From positions 712-64,711 of IMG/VR virus record IMGVR_UViG_3300033075_000708: DNA of 64,000 nucleotides; one strand, given 5' to 3'. The position numbers were made by a program, and so were the translations under genes. A model generated the notes under the pieces. It was not told the DNA's origin. It did no database searches and saw only the letters and a program-made list of their open reading frames with translations. Shown here in pieces: positions 61,494-64,000 of this stretch (the first letter of the stretch is position 1; every line of letters starts with the position of its first letter). The DNA is from a virus. Its lineage: Duplodnaviria > Caudoviricetes.

Positions 61494-64000
61494 TCACCCC
61501 GTCTCGTCGCCCAGACCTGTGTGTCGCAAGTCTTCTGAGGATTTGCTTTTAGACCATTCAAGCACCTCTTTGAGTGAGAATGCAGCGTAAGTCTCGCCGG
61601 GTCCGGCCATTAGCTCCACCGGCCTCGGCTTGCAGCCAGCGGCCAGCAGATGCTTGATTTGTTCAAGCACCTCAAAAACCTGTCGATCTGACAGGAGGCC
61701 GCTGCTACTCGGGTAGACCGTCAAAGCCTTGGCCTTCTTGGACTTGGCGGCGTCAGCCGAACCAACGGGGAGTCGCCCGCTCAGGCCCTTCTCCCTGAGG
61801 AACACCTTCAGCCTTTTGCCGCCATCCTCCTTGACGTTCACCCTCCCAGAGGGATCGACTTTGAACTTGTGGGGGACCACGCTGTGGTTCAACCCCTTCG
61901 TCAGGACGTTGATACTCGCAGCCAGGTCGTCGTTCACGCTGACCAACTCGCCGTCGATAAGGCCGACGAGTTCACGCTTCTTCATGGAGTCCCTGTACCA
62001 GATGTCCCCGGTGATCGGGTGACGGCGGGACGTGCCGCTCGGATCGACCGTGACCACGGCAATGCCATGCGACTCCAGCAGCGACGTGATGGCGTCGATC
62101 AGTTGCCCTGGGGCGAACAACCTTTTCAGACTGTTGTGGGCATTGCCATCGAAACTGGTCGAGAGATCCTCGATGAAGACCACGTCTGATCCATGACACG
62201 CCCTCAGAACGGCGTTGGCGTACAGGTGGGAGACATGCTCCCTGAAGTTCAGCCTAGCCGTGCCTTTGCTGGTCTTCTTCCTGGCTACACCGAAGTTACG
62301 CCCAGCCAGGGCGGGTTTGCCGCTGAAAGCGTCGAAGCAGGCGGTCAGTGCCCTGTGGGTGTCATCCAACTGGAGCATCCTGATGCACCCTGACACGTCG
62401 TTCGCTCCCTGCTGCATCAGTTCATACTTGAGTCTCCGGTAGGTCTTCTTGAGGCTGCTGTAGACAACTTGGATGGACTCCCTGTTGTTGCGGCAGGGGG
62501 GCTTGCTGATGTCTGCGTACAGGATCTTCAGCCTCTCGCTGCCCTCGGAACTTAGAGGTGTGCCGGCCTTGTGACACGCCTTTGACTCCCTTATGACTTC
62601 GATCAGGAGACGCATTTTACGGTGCGTCAGTTTGGCCTCCTGCGAGATGGGCGTGTCGGGGCATACCGAGCGGGGCTTGCCCGTTAGGTGGCCTCCACCG
62701 TAGGGGCAGTTGATCTCCCCTTCGGTGTAGTTTTTGCTGACGATGGCCTTGGTGACGGTAACGGGCTGATCGATGTTGAGGTCGATCCCGCTCACGATCA
62801 GTTGATCTGGGAGTTCCTCCAGCCCCTTGCCATCCTTCCAGTCAGCCCTCTTGAAGAACCAAGAGAGGTGCCTGCGGTCGTCTTTTACCGCGATGCTGTG
62901 CGGCAGGTAGACGTAGAAACTCTCCTTCCCACGGCGGTTCATCCGCCTCTGTAGTAGGATCTGCTTCACCTCTCCCTCGATGAGGGGTCCACCCACGCTT
63001 GACTTATAGCCGGCCCGTTGCCGGCGTCGGTTCTTAACCATTTTCCGGTAGGTGATCTTGTAGCCCTTGTCGGACGGCAGGGCCTCAACCTTGAGGTTGC
63101 CGAAATAGTCAGAGGCGGCACATGAGAACTCCTCATGATCACCGATCTTGACCCACAGCCGCCCGCTGTCGTCTGTGCGGAGGGCGAAGCTCTCGCCGCG
63201 ACCAGTCATCCCGAATGGGATCTGGTAGTCCTTGTCGAAGAGCGGCCTCTTCGGTGCCGCCAGCGAAGTGGACAGCTTCCTCTCGGCCTGCCAGGTGTCC
63301 ATCAGCCTGGCCCTGTCTTCCTTGTCCAAAGCCAGAAGGGGCTTGTATTTGGGGTCCGCCAACTCGGTGATAGCCACCATGTAGACGGAGTCGGTTTTAG
63401 CCATTTCCCGTATGGCCCCGTTCAACATCTTGGCTGTCAAGCCTGAGCCGGCTTCCTCAAGGGCCTGAGCCAACTGGCAGACGAGTGCGTATTCCTCCGT
63501 CATGCTGTCGGGGACGGCGGCCTTGGCCGCGATCTCTTCCCTCCTGGCCCTGTGTAGCTTCGCACACTCCTCCCAGGAACTCAGAGAGGAGGAGAGCATG
63601 TAGGCAAGGGCTGTGGCGTATGACTTGGAGTCTGGCCGCAGGGTCGGCAGGTTGCCGACACCCCTGGACGCCAGGGTGGCCTTGTTGGTGACGCCCACCT
63701 TGACCTTAATCTCCTCCCACAGGGCGTCGGGCGGCTCGCCGGCGATGGCCCGGTTCCTGTAGCCTGCCCATTCGTCGGGGTCGAGTCCGTTTAGCTTGAG
63801 TGCCTTGGCATACTTCTCGTCGCCAATGGTCCCAAGCTCGGCAGTTAGCCGACCCAGTGCAGAGTCCTTCCTGGGGAAGGGGAGTGGAGTGTATTTCGCG
63901 TAGAATGAGCCGTATGCCGCCTCTTGGCCGGCAAAGAGGGCGTCAGCGAACGCTTTCTTGGCGTCGGACTGTGACTCCGGGGTCACCACCTTGAAGCATT
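61494..64000 (-). CDS. cas12h: Type V CRISPR effector, Cas12h-like; 5' truncated by the window edge
   Basis: RuvC-I SGIDLN, RuvC-II FIEDL, RuvC-III NDDLAASINV; DYQIPFG, SDYFGNL, GLNHSV, GKRLKVFL match my recollection of Cas12h1 blocks; frame open to base 64000. Confidence 0.8.
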   Translation of the reverse strand, partial: CFKVVTPESQSDAKKAFADALFAGQEAAYGSFYAKYTPLPFPRKDSALGRLTAELGTIGDEKYAKALKLNGLDPDEWAGYRNRAIAGEPPDALWEEIKVKVGVTNKATLASRGVGNLPTLRPDSKSYATALAYMLSSSLSSWEECAKLHRARREEIAAKAAVPDSMTEEYALVCQLAQALEEAGSGLTAKMLNGAIREMAKTDSVYMVAITELADPKYKPLLALDKEDRARLMDTWQAERKLSTSLAAPKRPLFDKDYQIPFGMTGRGESFALRTDDSGRLWVKIGDHEEFSCAASDYFGNLKVEALPSDKGYKITYRKMVKNRRRQRAGYKSSVGGPLIEGEVKQILLQRRMNRRGKESFYVYLPHSIAVKDDRRHLSWFFKRADWKDGKGLEELPDQLIVSGIDLNIDQPVTVTKAIVSKNYTEGEINCPYGGGHLTGKPRSVCPDTPISQEAKLTHRKMRLLIEVIRESKACHKAGTPLSSEGSERLKILYADISKPPCRNNRESIQVVYSSLKKTYRRLKYELMQQGANDVSGCIRMLQLDDTHRALTACFDAFSGKPALAGRNFGVARKKTSKGTARLNFREHVSHLYANAVLRACHGSDVVFIEDLSTSFDGNAHNSLKRLFAPGQLIDAITSLLESHGIAVVTVDPSGTSRRHPITGDIWYRDSMKKRELVGLIDGELVSVNDDLAASINVLTKGLNHSVVPHKFKVDPSGRVNVKEDGGKRLKVFLREKGLSGRLPVGSADAAKSKKAKALTVYPSSSGLLSDRQVFEVLEQIKHLLAAGCKPRPVELMAGPGETYAAFSLKEVLEWSKSKSSEDLRHTGLGDETG

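Noticed and set aside
61494-64000. IS605 TnpB
   Set aside because: Too long, lacks the TnpB CxxC zinc finger before RuvC-III, no transposon ends, and a CRISPR repeat pair is adjacent
1-64000. tRNA or rRNA genes
   Set aside because: No cloverleaf with a GTTCRA T-loop or rRNA-like segment found by eye in the intergenic gaps; tRNAscan-SE would be needed to exclude them

Overview
GC-rich, densely coding segment of a large T4-like or jumbo dsDNA phage genome, mostly on the minus strand. The host may be a planctomycete; this is only an inference from two secreted proteins. Replication and recombination genes: an N-terminal-only DnaE, a gp41/DnaB helicase, gp32 SSB, RecA/UvsX, UvsY, and a Ski2-like helicase with an intein. 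Nucleotide metabolism genes: thyA and dCMP deaminase (each with an intein), DHFR, a dNMP kinase, a HAD phosphatase, a MazG-like protein and a NUDIX hydrolase. Also present are an RNA ligase, about 8 free-standing homing endonucleases, a complete host-like prkA/yeaG-yeaH-spoVR module, and hldE. A probable virion-glycosylation locus consists of a 1233-aa Ser/Cys-rich protein, two GT9-like transferases, methyltransferases and a GT34 remnant. The most striking feature is at the right end. A Cas12h-like (type V-H) effector is followed by a two-repeat, one-spacer CRISPR mini-array that forms the in-frame, Shine-Dalgarno-led 5' end of the NUDIX gene, behind a folded leader. Several genes carry 1-nt indels or premature stops that may be sequencing errors. 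All family assignments come from motif recognition by eye; no database searches were run.
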